A stretch of DNA of 64,000 nucleotides, from the NCBI GenBank assembly GCA_963768985.1, contig CAVYJZ010000006.1, positions 333,702 through 397,701 of the forward strand, read 5' to 3'. The translations under genes and the position numbers were made by a program. Under the pieces are notes generated by a model, which made no database searches, had not been told where the DNA came from, and saw nothing but the letters and a program-made list of their open reading frames with translations. Positions 38,293 through 46,118 of this stretch are shown here, in pieces (position 1 is the stretch's first letter; each line of letters begins with the position of its first letter). The DNA comes from an uncultured delta proteobacterium. GTDB taxonomy: Bacteria > Myxococcota_A > Polyangia > Polyangiales > Houyiibacteriaceae.

Positions 38293-38320
38293 TTGACACG
38301 AATATCGTGCGGCGTATAAT
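38293..38320 (+). promoter_or_regulatory. Consensus sigma-70 promoter in an AT-rich intergenic gap
   Basis: TTGACA (38293-38298), 16-nt spacer, TATAAT (38315-38320). It is followed by AGGGGA (38333-38338) and the ATG at 38345. By hand count the 100 nt at 38241-38340 contain only 42 G/C. Confidence 0.5.
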
Positions 38321-38344
38321 CGTCGCAAGTTTAGGGGATCGTTG

Positions 38345-38944
38345 ATGTTTAGAGGGATGGGGACCGTAGGGCAGGCAGTATCCGCCATTTTATTGGTTGG
38401 GAGCGGTTTGGGCTACGCGTTCGCACAAGAGGGGGGCGAGTCGACGGTCGAGGTCGTGAAGGTGACGCCCTTGGGCGCATCGACCGAGCAGCCAGCCCCG
38501 TCGCCGGCGGCGCAGGCCCAGGCTGCGCAAGCCGCAATCGCGAGCGCAACCGCAAACTGTGATGCTCAGTCCCAGGCCCTTCAGAGCGCCAAGCGCGACA
38601 AGGACATCATCTTGGCGACGTGCTTGGACGACAAGCTAAGCCAGTGCAACGCCAACCTTCAGAACATGAAACGCCGAGAGGTCGCGCTGAGGCAGGCTGC
38701 CGCGAGCGGCGACACCGGCCTCAGCAACCACGAGTTCACCGTGATCGGCGTGCTCTCCCAAAAGTTCAAGTCTTTGGCCCAGGCTGCGAACCAGTGCGTG
38801 GGGCAGGATTTGTTCGACACTGGCGAGACCCAGGTGAAGGAGGAGGTCGACATCTTTGCTCCGGACCAGAATCCAGCGGTGATTACCGAGGCGCCGGACT
38901 GGCCGATCCCGTATATTCCCCCACCCGTCAGCGGAGTAAGCTAA
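38345..38944 (+). CDS. Secreted protein of unknown function (4 Cys, Ala/Gln-rich N-terminal part, Pro-rich tail)
   Basis: About 199 aa with leader GQAVSAILLVGSGLGYAFAQE and no recognisable domain. A TTG at 38342 is an alternative start. Confidence 0.55.
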   Translation: MFRGMGTVGQAVSAILLVGSGLGYAFAQEGGESTVEVVKVTPLGASTEQPAPSPAAQAQAAQAAIASATANCDAQSQALQSAKRDKDIILATCLDDKLSQCNANLQNMKRREVALRQAAASGDTGLSNHEFTVIGVLSQKFKSLAQAANQCVGQDLFDTGETQVKEEVDIFAPDQNPAVITEAPDWPIPYIPPPVSGVS

Positions 38945-38986
38945 CGAGCGGAATGGTCTTGGCATGCGGGGGGGAAACAAGGGATC

Positions 38987-40318
38987 ATGCGCTTCTGCTC
39001 GAAGTTAGAGCTTGCTCTGGCTTTGGGAGCCATCGTTAGCGCCGCATTGTTGCCCACGACCGCGGGCGCGCAGGGCGGATTTCTCGAGGACCGCGCGCCC
39101 AGAGAGGGCCCAGGCTTCAAAGTCGGGCGACTGGTCTTGCACCCGGGGCTCTCACTGCAAAGCGGCTACAATTCGAACATCTTCCTGCAGAGCAGTAATG
39201 AAGAAGGTGCGTTCATCTTGCGTCTCGAAGGGTATCTCGACGTCGCCACCGCGGGAGCGGTTCGGAGCGCCCAGGGCGAGGCGAACGCGGTCGAACCGAA
39301 AAAAATCGAGTTTCGCGGCGGGGTCGGAGGGCGGTATTACCACTACTTCAGCGCGAGGGTCGGGGACAACGTCGGTGCGGATGCGAACGTTGATTTCTCG
39401 TACAACCCTTCGAAGGTATTCAGCTTGCAGGTGCGGGATGAATTCCGCCGCACCATTCAACCCTTCTCCAATCCGAACACCACGTCGGGAACTACGATCA
39501 GCTACGGCCGCAACATCAACACCGCGTCACTGGCCCTCGTAGGGCGGAGCAAAAGCCAAGTGCTCGAGGGCAGCGTCGGTTACACCAACTACGTGCAGTT
39601 CTTCGACGCGAATGTCTACGCCTACGCCAAAACCATGTCGCATCACGTTCCGGTTTCGTTGAGTTGGCGATTCTTCCCTACCTCGGCCCTCGTCTACACC
39701 GCCGAATACATCAACCAGACATACCTCAATCCGGAGCAAGTCCTCGCCTCGCCTACGTCGCTGTCGAACAACAACAGGGTCTTGACTTTGATTGGTTACA
39801 ACGGTGCGATCACGGAGCGGACGATGCTCACTGCGATGATCGGATACACTGCGGGATTCTACGAAGCCGCCCAAAACTTCGACGACGTGATCGCCCGCGC
39901 GAACCTGAGTTGGCGGCCGCGAGCCACGATCGTGTTCACCACGGCCTTCGATCGCAATGTACGTCCCTCCTACATTGGAAACTACACCACGATAAACCGC
40001 CTTCGCGCCAGCGCGCGATTTACCATCGCCGGTGCGCTCGACCTTGGCGTGAGCGCGTGGGTGTCGTTCGACAAGTCAGGCCTGGCCCTGAGCCCAGATG
40101 GCGCACCACTGGGCAACCAGCTCAATCGCAAAGACACCCGCTTGCAGGCCGCCCTTTTTGGGGAGTACCGGTTCAAGGCCTGGCTCGCGCTCTTCGGCCA
40201 GATCGGCTACCTAGCGGACTACACGGGTTTTCGATACCTGGGAACCGGTCCGTTGATCGTCCCGTACGCGAACTATCAGAGGTTTGGAGCATGGCTTGGT
40301 CTTCGCGTCTTCTACTGA
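38987..40318 (+). CDS. Outer-membrane beta-barrel protein (Wzp-like porin partner of a short OPX; GltH/NfsH-like is the alternative)
   Basis: 443 aa. Signal peptide (LALALGAIVSAALLPTTAGAQG), alternating-hydrophobicity strands rich in Y/G/N/S/T, and a C-terminal beta-signal ending GLRVFY. Confidence 0.65.
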   Translation: MRFCSKLELALALGAIVSAALLPTTAGAQGGFLEDRAPREGPGFKVGRLVLHPGLSLQSGYNSNIFLQSSNEEGAFILRLEGYLDVATAGAVRSAQGEANAVEPKKIEFRGGVGGRYYHYFSARVGDNVGADANVDFSYNPSKVFSLQVRDEFRRTIQPFSNPNTTSGTTISYGRNINTASLALVGRSKSQVLEGSVGYTNYVQFFDANVYAYAKTMSHHVPVSLSWRFFPTSALVYTAEYINQTYLNPEQVLASPTSLSNNNRVLTLIGYNGAITERTMLTAMIGYTAGFYEAAQNFDDVIARANLSWRPRATIVFTTAFDRNVRPSYIGNYTTINRLRASARFTIAGALDLGVSAWVSFDKSGLALSPDGAPLGNQLNRKDTRLQAALFGEYRFKAWLALFGQIGYLADYTGFRYLGTGPLIVPYANYQRFGAWLGLRVFY

Positions 40319-40899
40319 TCACCGCGCTGCTACACTTGACGCTGGCCTCATCCGCATGCAGCAAGCGTGGACTGCAAGCCACGGAAGTGCCGCCGCCCGC
40401 GACCGACGACACCACGCTCGGCCCGGCTGATGTCATCACGGTCCGCGTCTACGGCGAGGAAGCGATGACAGGGAGCCACCAGGTGGGTCCGGACGGCACG
40501 ATCAGTTTTCCACTGCTCGGTGCCGTTCAAGTGAACGGCCTCGAGCCCACGGATGTCGCGGAGAAGATACAAACCGAGCTCCGAGAGCGAGACCTCCTCC
40601 GTAATCCGCAAGTGTCGGTGTACGTAGAGTCATACGCTTCGAAGCGCGTCAGTGTAGTGGGCGCAGTTGCGAATCCCGGGACGTTCCCGCTCCAGCCTGG
40701 GATGACGGTGGTGCAAGCGATCAGCATGGCCGGGGGGTTTTCATCACTGGCCGACCGAGACGGGACCGTCGTCACCCGCCGCAGAGGCAAAGAGATCGTC
40801 CGTTATAGGGTTCCGGTGGCACGCGTCACCAAGGGCCAAGCCGAAGATATCGAAGTCGCCGCAGGGGACATCATCTTCGTCCCCGAGCGCCTGTTCTAG
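40291..40899 (+). CDS. Polysaccharide export (OPX, Wza-family) lipoprotein, short form without an OM-spanning C-terminal helix
   Basis: 202 aa. Lipobox LASSAC. Poly_export/SLBB pattern (LGPADVITVRVYGEE...GPDGTISFPLLGAVQVNGLEPTDVAEKI...VSVVGAVANPGTFPL...TVVQAISMAGG). The start lies 28 nt inside the barrel gene. Confidence 0.8.
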   Translation: MAWSSRLLLITALLHLTLASSACSKRGLQATEVPPPATDDTTLGPADVITVRVYGEEAMTGSHQVGPDGTISFPLLGAVQVNGLEPTDVAEKIQTELRERDLLRNPQVSVYVESYASKRVSVVGAVANPGTFPLQPGMTVVQAISMAGGFSSLADRDGTVVTRRRGKEIVRYRVPVARVTKGQAEDIEVAAGDIIFVPERLF

Positions 40900-40908
40900 G
40901 AGCTCGGC

Positions 40909-42189
40909 TCAGAGGCCCCAGTAGAGCAAGTCGCTTCTCTTCCGGGCATCCTCGCCCACCAGCGACTTCACGTCGATGAATAGGCCGCCCGCGCGAACGC
41001 TGCTGATGATGCGGCCCAGCTGGGCGATGTACTGCTGATGCGGGACCGCGAGGATGACACCGTCGAGGTCGCTGAGCGCGTCCCATGGTCGAAGCTCGAT
41101 TCCATACTCGCGGAGGGCTTCCTCGCCGGACGCCAGCGGATCGTGAACCATCGGCTCAATTCCGAACTCCCGGAGCTCGCTGATGATGTCCGGCACTCGG
41201 CTGTTCCTGAGATCGGGCACGTTCTCTTTGAACGTCAAGCCAAGCACACCAATACGAGCGCCCTTGATGGCGTGATCCTGTTTGCGGAGCAGCTTGATGG
41301 TTCGCTGCGCCACGTAGTGACCCATCCCATCGTTGATGCGGCGACCCGCGAGAATGACCTCCGGATGGTATCCGAGCGCTTCCGCTTTGGCCGTCAGGTA
41401 GTACGGGTCGACCCCGATACAGTGGCCTCCGACCAGACCCGGGGTGAACGGCAAGAAATTCCACTTCGTTGCCGCCGCGTCGAGCACGTCGCGCGTTCGA
41501 ATACCCATGCGATCGAAGATCAAAGCGAGCTCGTTCATCAGCGCAATGTTCAAATCGCGCTGGGTGTTCTCGATGACCTTGGCCGCCTCGGCGACTTTGA
41601 TCGAAGAAGCGCGATAAACGCCCGCGGCGACCACGCTTTCGTACACTCGAGCTACGCGCTCCAACGCCTCGGCATCTTCGCCCGAAACCACCTTGATGAT
41701 TTTCTCGAAGGTGTGGAGCTTGTCGCCTGGGTTGATGCGCTCCGGCGAATAGCCCAGCTTGAAGTCTCGCGATTGGCGCAGCCCCGAGGTTTCGGCCAAC
41801 AGCGGCCCACATTGCTCCTCGGTTACGCCGGGATAGACGGTCGATTCGTATACCACCACGGCCCCCGGAGCGAGCGCAGTGCCGACGATCCGGGTGGCAG
41901 AGAGCAGTGGGGCGAGATCGGGACGCCTGTCGGCGTCGATGGGGGTTGGGACGGCGATCACGAAGAACGTGCAACCTCGGAGATCGGCGGGGTCACTGCT
42001 GAGCCTGAGCTTGCTCTCGCGGAGCTCGGTGTCGGTCACTTCGCCGGTCCAATCGTGGTTGGCCGCGAGCGAATTCACGCGAGCCGCGGAGAGGTCGAAA
42101 CCGACCGTATCCTCGAACTTTCGCGCAAAGGCCAGCGCAACTGGAAGGCCCACGTACCCGAGCCCTACGATTGCGATGCGCTCGCTCAT
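40909..42189 (-). CDS. Nucleotide-sugar 6-dehydrogenase (TviB/WbpO-like UDP-N-acetylhexosamine dehydrogenase)
   Basis: The ATG at 42189 gives MSERIAIVGLGYVGLPVALAF (Rossmann fold). YSPERINPGD and GGHCIGVDPYYL motifs. The long Arg-rich upstream extension was rejected. Confidence 0.88.
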   Translation of the reverse strand: MSERIAIVGLGYVGLPVALAFARKFEDTVGFDLSAARVNSLAANHDWTGEVTDTELRESKLRLSSDPADLRGCTFFVIAVPTPIDADRRPDLAPLLSATRIVGTALAPGAVVVYESTVYPGVTEEQCGPLLAETSGLRQSRDFKLGYSPERINPGDKLHTFEKIIKVVSGEDAEALERVARVYESVVAAGVYRASSIKVAEAAKVIENTQRDLNIALMNELALIFDRMGIRTRDVLDAAATKWNFLPFTPGLVGGHCIGVDPYYLTAKAEALGYHPEVILAGRRINDGMGHYVAQRTIKLLRKQDHAIKGARIGVLGLTFKENVPDLRNSRVPDIISELREFGIEPMVHDPLASGEEALREYGIELRPWDALSDLDGVILAVPHQQYIAQLGRIISSVRAGGLFIDVKSLVGEDARKRSDLLYWGL

Positions 42190-43130
42190 GACCCCTGCGC
42201 CTCGTTGCGAAACCACTCGGCCGTTGCCGTCAAACCGCGTTCGAACGGAGTCGGTGGCCCGAGAATGGAAACCATCACGGAGGGATCGAGAACGGAGCGC
42301 TCGAGGTCTCCGGGACGGTAGGCACCATCGCCGACGATCGCTGGTCTGCCCACGATGCTCACCATCCGCTCGGCGAGCGCTCTCGTCGAGATGCCAACGC
42401 CAGTGGAGATGTTGATGGTGCGGCCGTCGAGCGCGCCCTCGCATGCCGCGAGGTTCGCCCGGACGCAATCCCGCACGTAGACGTAGTCGCGAACACAGCC
42501 ATCATCACCTTCCTCGGCGCGGGCGTTGACTTGAATCGGCTGGCCCTGAAGGAGTCGCTGGAAGAAGATCGCGATGACACCAGCCTCGCCGTGCGGATCC
42601 TGCCGTGGCCCGTAGACGTTGCCATATCGGAGGATCGTGTAGCGGAGCCCAGACGCGTGGCCATAGGCCCGCAGATACAGCTCGAAGCTCGCCTTGCTGC
42701 ACGCGTAGGGGCTCAGCGGGAGCGCGGGCCAGTCTTCGCTCGCAGCTCGCCCCTCCGGCACCTCCCCATAGAGCGCCCCGCCAGTGCTCGAAAAGATCAA
42801 ACGACTTCCGCACTCTAGGGCTGCGGTGGCCACGTTCAGTGAGCCCAAGACGTTGATCTCCGCATCCAAGAGGGGCTCCCGCACGCTGGCGGTGACGCTG
42901 GCTTGCGCTGCGTGGTGGCTGATTGCATCTGGCTTGAAGTGCAGCACCAGCTCCTGCAAGGCTTCCCGGTTTCGGATATCGACCGGATGAAACTCGGCGC
43001 TCGGCGGAACGTTCTCCGCCCGGCCGTGGCTGAGGTCGTCGACGACCAGGACCTCGTGGCCCGCCTCGAGAGCGGCATCAGCCACGTGGCTCCCGATGAA
43101 ACCAGCTCCTCCGGTCACCAAGATCTTCAC
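42186..43130 (-). CDS. NAD-dependent sugar epimerase (GalE/WbpP-like SDR)
   Basis: MKILVTGGAGFIGSH glycine motif and YxxxK (YACSKAS). ATGA overlap with the downstream dehydrogenase gene. Confidence 0.88.
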   Translation of the reverse strand: MKILVTGGAGFIGSHVADAALEAGHEVLVVDDLSHGRAENVPPSAEFHPVDIRNREALQELVLHFKPDAISHHAAQASVTASVREPLLDAEINVLGSLNVATAALECGSRLIFSSTGGALYGEVPEGRAASEDWPALPLSPYACSKASFELYLRAYGHASGLRYTILRYGNVYGPRQDPHGEAGVIAIFFQRLLQGQPIQVNARAEEGDDGCVRDYVYVRDCVRANLAACEGALDGRTINISTGVGISTRALAERMVSIVGRPAIVGDGAYRPGDLERSVLDPSVMVSILGPPTPFERGLTATAEWFRNEAQGS

Positions 43131-45058
43131 ACCCCCTCCATTGTCTTCTGCGCTCGAAATGCTTCCCCGGCCCGCACGGGGGGCTCACTGTCCGCGCTGT
43201 CCTCGCCGTACTCCGGCACGAGTTGCACGAGAGCACTCCGAATCGCAGCGGGGTTGCCAGTCTTGCAAAGCGCGCCGAGCGTGTCGAATTGAGCACGAAG
43301 CGCGGGGAGGTGGGGTGAATCGTAGGTCCCGGTGAAGATCTTCGGGTGCGCCGTCCGCTCGATCCCTTCGCTGACCGTCGAGAGCTCCTCGAACAATTTC
43401 TCGCCCGGCCGAATGCCCGTGAACCTGATCTCGATGTCTTTGTCGGGCTCGAATCCACTCAGCCGGATCAGGTCGTGGGCGAGATCGATGATGCGAACGG
43501 GCTGCCCCATGTCCAAGATGAAAGTTTCACCACCTCGACTGAGAGCCGCAGCTTGCATCACCAACTGGACGGCCTCTGGAATCGTCATGAAGTATCGGGT
43601 CATGTCGGGATGGGTCACCGTGATCGGTCCGCCTCCTTCAATCTGGCGGCGGAAGATTGGAATGACGCTACCCGCAGAACCCAGCACGTTCCCAAATCGC
43701 ACCGTCGCAAAGTGCGTGGCGCTTTGGAGCGAGAGGCCCTGGATGTAGAGCTCGGCTGCGCGTTTCGCCGCCCCCATGACCGACGTTGGGTTCACCGCCT
43801 TGTCGGTCGAGATCATCACGAACCGTTCGACTGCGAGACTGTCCGCTAGGTCGGCCACGATCTGAGTCCCGAGGATGTTGTTCTTCACGGCTTCGACCGG
43901 ATTCCATTCCATCATCGGCACGTGTTTGTGAGCCGCCGCGTGAAAAACGACCATCGGTCGATGTTCGCGAAACACCTGCGTCACACGCGGCACGTCGGTG
44001 ATATCGGCCATGCAGGGGATGATCTCGAGATCGGAAAAGCGATTGCTGAGCTCGGAGTGAATCTCGAAGAGGTTGTTCTCCGCGCGCTCGACCAGAACGA
44101 GGCGGGAAGGGCGATAGACCGCAACTTGGCGGCAGAGCTCCGAGCCGATACTCCCGCCCGCACCGGTAACGAGGACTGGCTGACCGCGCACGACACCGGC
44201 GACCTCTTCGGTGTTCAGCTTCACTTGCTCCCGCCGCAGAAGGTCCTCGATGGCGACATCCCGAATGCGCGAGAGGTTCACGCGCCCGCCGACGATTTCA
44301 TAGGTCCCCGGAACGATCTTCACGCTCAGGCCGGCTTGTTTGCAGCTCTCGGTGAGGCGACGAATCGCCGAACCCGGGGCGTTCGAGATCGTAATCAGCG
44401 CTTGCTTCGCCTCGTGCCGCTGAGCCAAGCGAAGCAGATCTTTGGTGGTGCCCTGCACCTTGATGCCGTGAATTACCGCACCTTGTTTCACTGGGTCGTC
44501 ATCGACGAAGGCCACCGGCACAATCCCGAGGTCGGGGCGGCGCGCGATTTCCTGTGCGATGAGGACGCCCCCTTGACCCGCACCCACGAGCAGCGTCGGC
44601 GCACGATGCTCTTCTCCTTGGTGCTGCTTGGATGCCACGCGTTCGCCGAGCATCCGCCGAAGCGCTCTGACCCCGGTCAGCCCAATGAACGCCAGTACGA
44701 AATCGCCGAGCAGCACCCCGAGCGGAACGATGCCATATCGCGCCAGAGGAAACTGGTTGGTCAAGTGCGGGCTCAGGAACCGCACAACGACGAGCAGCGC
44801 CGTAGCCGACGCGATCGCCCCGAAGATTCGGACGGTGTCGCGAAGGCTGATGTAACGCCAAGAGAAGCGGGGGATTCCAAAAGCCGAGAGGAACGCGTAC
44901 TGCGACAGCACGACGTACGGCAGCACGATCATGAGCTGTCGAAACATCACCCTGGGGACGTTCCAGTCGAAGCGAAGCAGCATCGCCAAGAAGAACGCGA
45001 GCATGAGAACGCCGATGTCGATCACGAATTGGGAACTGCGCCTCGTGAACCGGCTCAT
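43127..45058 (-). CDS. Membrane-anchored UDP-N-acetylglucosamine 4,6-dehydratase (CapD/WbpM/PglF family)
   Basis: The ATG at 45058 gives four N-terminal TM segments followed by two Rossmann-like regions (LLVGAGQGG; VLVTGAGGSIGSEL) and a CapD-type core (GNVLGSAGSVIPIF). Confidence 0.88.
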   Translation of the reverse strand: MSRFTRRSSQFVIDIGVLMLAFFLAMLLRFDWNVPRVMFRQLMIVLPYVVLSQYAFLSAFGIPRFSWRYISLRDTVRIFGAIASATALLVVVRFLSPHLTNQFPLARYGIVPLGVLLGDFVLAFIGLTGVRALRRMLGERVASKQHQGEEHRAPTLLVGAGQGGVLIAQEIARRPDLGIVPVAFVDDDPVKQGAVIHGIKVQGTTKDLLRLAQRHEAKQALITISNAPGSAIRRLTESCKQAGLSVKIVPGTYEIVGGRVNLSRIRDVAIEDLLRREQVKLNTEEVAGVVRGQPVLVTGAGGSIGSELCRQVAVYRPSRLVLVERAENNLFEIHSELSNRFSDLEIIPCMADITDVPRVTQVFREHRPMVVFHAAAHKHVPMMEWNPVEAVKNNILGTQIVADLADSLAVERFVMISTDKAVNPTSVMGAAKRAAELYIQGLSLQSATHFATVRFGNVLGSAGSVIPIFRRQIEGGGPITVTHPDMTRYFMTIPEAVQLVMQAAALSRGGETFILDMGQPVRIIDLAHDLIRLSGFEPDKDIEIRFTGIRPGEKLFEELSTVSEGIERTAHPKIFTGTYDSPHLPALRAQFDTLGALCKTGNPAAIRSALVQLVPEYGEDSADSEPPVRAGEAFRAQKTMEGV

Positions 45059-46035
45059 GATCCGCGAACCCCTTGGACCGACTCCTGATACCAGAGCCAG
45101 AATTCCCGCACGCCCTCTTCGACGGTGACCTTGGGGTCGTATCCGAGCAGCTCTTTGGCGCGATCGACGTTGGCATACGTGTATTCGATGTCGGCAGCCG
45201 GCATAGGCCTGTCGATCAAGCTCGAAGGCCTCCCCGCGTGCTTCTCGATCAGTCGAACGAAATCGGCGAGGAGCGTCGGTTGGCCGCGACCGAGATTGAT
45301 GATCTCGTAACCGAGCGGCCGATCTGCCGCGGCGATCACGCCTCGAACGATATCGTCGACGTACGTCCAATCCCGGTACATCTGACCGTTGTTGTACAAA
45401 GGCACTTCCACGCCGTGAAAAATATTGTCCAACACTCGATACGCCATCATGTCGGGGCGACCTCGCGGACCGTACACGGTGAAGAACCGGAGCGCTGTAA
45501 AACTCTGCCCGAAGAGGTGAAAGTACGAATGGCCGAGCAGCTCGGCTGCTCGCTTGCTGGCCGGGTACGGAGCCAGGGGCCGGTCGGCCGGATCGCTTTC
45601 GATGAATGGAACGATCTTCGTCCGCCCATATACCGACGAGGTCGAAGCAAAGATGAACGTGGGCCGCCCGTGCCGCTGCGCCGCCTGGAGCAGGTTGAGG
45701 GTTCCTCCGAGATTCACGTCCATGTAGAGCTTGGGGTCTTCGATGGAGGCGCGGACACCTGCCATCGCGGCAAGGTGGATGATCGCGTCGAACCGGTGCT
45801 CGGCAAAGAGTGCATCGAGCGCCGCCTGGTCACGGATGTCGCTTCGATGGAACACGAACTTCCGCGGGTCCGGTGCCAAGTCCCGAACCGTCTCTAAGTT
45901 CGCCAGCTTACGGGCCGGGTCGTAATAGTCGTTGAGGTTGTCGACCCCGACCACCAGATCACCGCGGCGCAACAATGCAGATGCCGTATTGCTCCCAATG
46001 AACCCAGCAGCACCGGTCAACAGGATCGTCTTCAT
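45055..46035 (-). CDS. NAD-dependent epimerase (UDP-glucuronate/UDP-GalNAcA 4-epimerase-like SDR)
   Basis: MKTILLTGAAGFIGSN and YPASKRAAE (YxxxK). First gene of the four-gene ATGA-coupled operon. Confidence 0.85.
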   Translation of the reverse strand: MKTILLTGAAGFIGSNTASALLRRGDLVVGVDNLNDYYDPARKLANLETVRDLAPDPRKFVFHRSDIRDQAALDALFAEHRFDAIIHLAAMAGVRASIEDPKLYMDVNLGGTLNLLQAAQRHGRPTFIFASTSSVYGRTKIVPFIESDPADRPLAPYPASKRAAELLGHSYFHLFGQSFTALRFFTVYGPRGRPDMMAYRVLDNIFHGVEVPLYNNGQMYRDWTYVDDIVRGVIAAADRPLGYEIINLGRGQPTLLADFVRLIEKHAGRPSSLIDRPMPAADIEYTYANVDRAKELLGYDPKVTVEEGVREFWLWYQESVQGVRGS

Positions 46036-46118
46036 CTCCCCCTCGTGCCCATGCAGTATAGGATGGAACTAACCCAGATTGCTTGGTCCGAGTCCACCCG
46101 GACGACTACCATGCCCCC

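Noticed and set aside
38987-40318. Calling the 443-aa barrel GltH/NfsH simply because it follows the gltG-like gene
   Set aside because: It is separated from the gltG-like gene by a promoter-containing gap and an extra gene. It overlaps the short OPX gene instead, so a Wzp-like porin role fits the context better. The question is left open as an alternative in the feature call.
40909-42468. N-terminally extended versions of many track ORFs. Examples: 40909-42468, 43127-45370, 53249-55861, 55278-56417, 39664-40899, 8652-10271, 10031-10876, 10877-11767, 14525-16027, 19374-21206, 57825-59456
   Set aside because: The extensions are Arg/Gly/Pro-rich and overlap the neighbouring gene. Each contains an internal start that gives a canonical N-terminus (Rossmann GxGxxG, signal peptide or lipobox), often with an ATGA overlap or an RBS. 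The shorter models were used.
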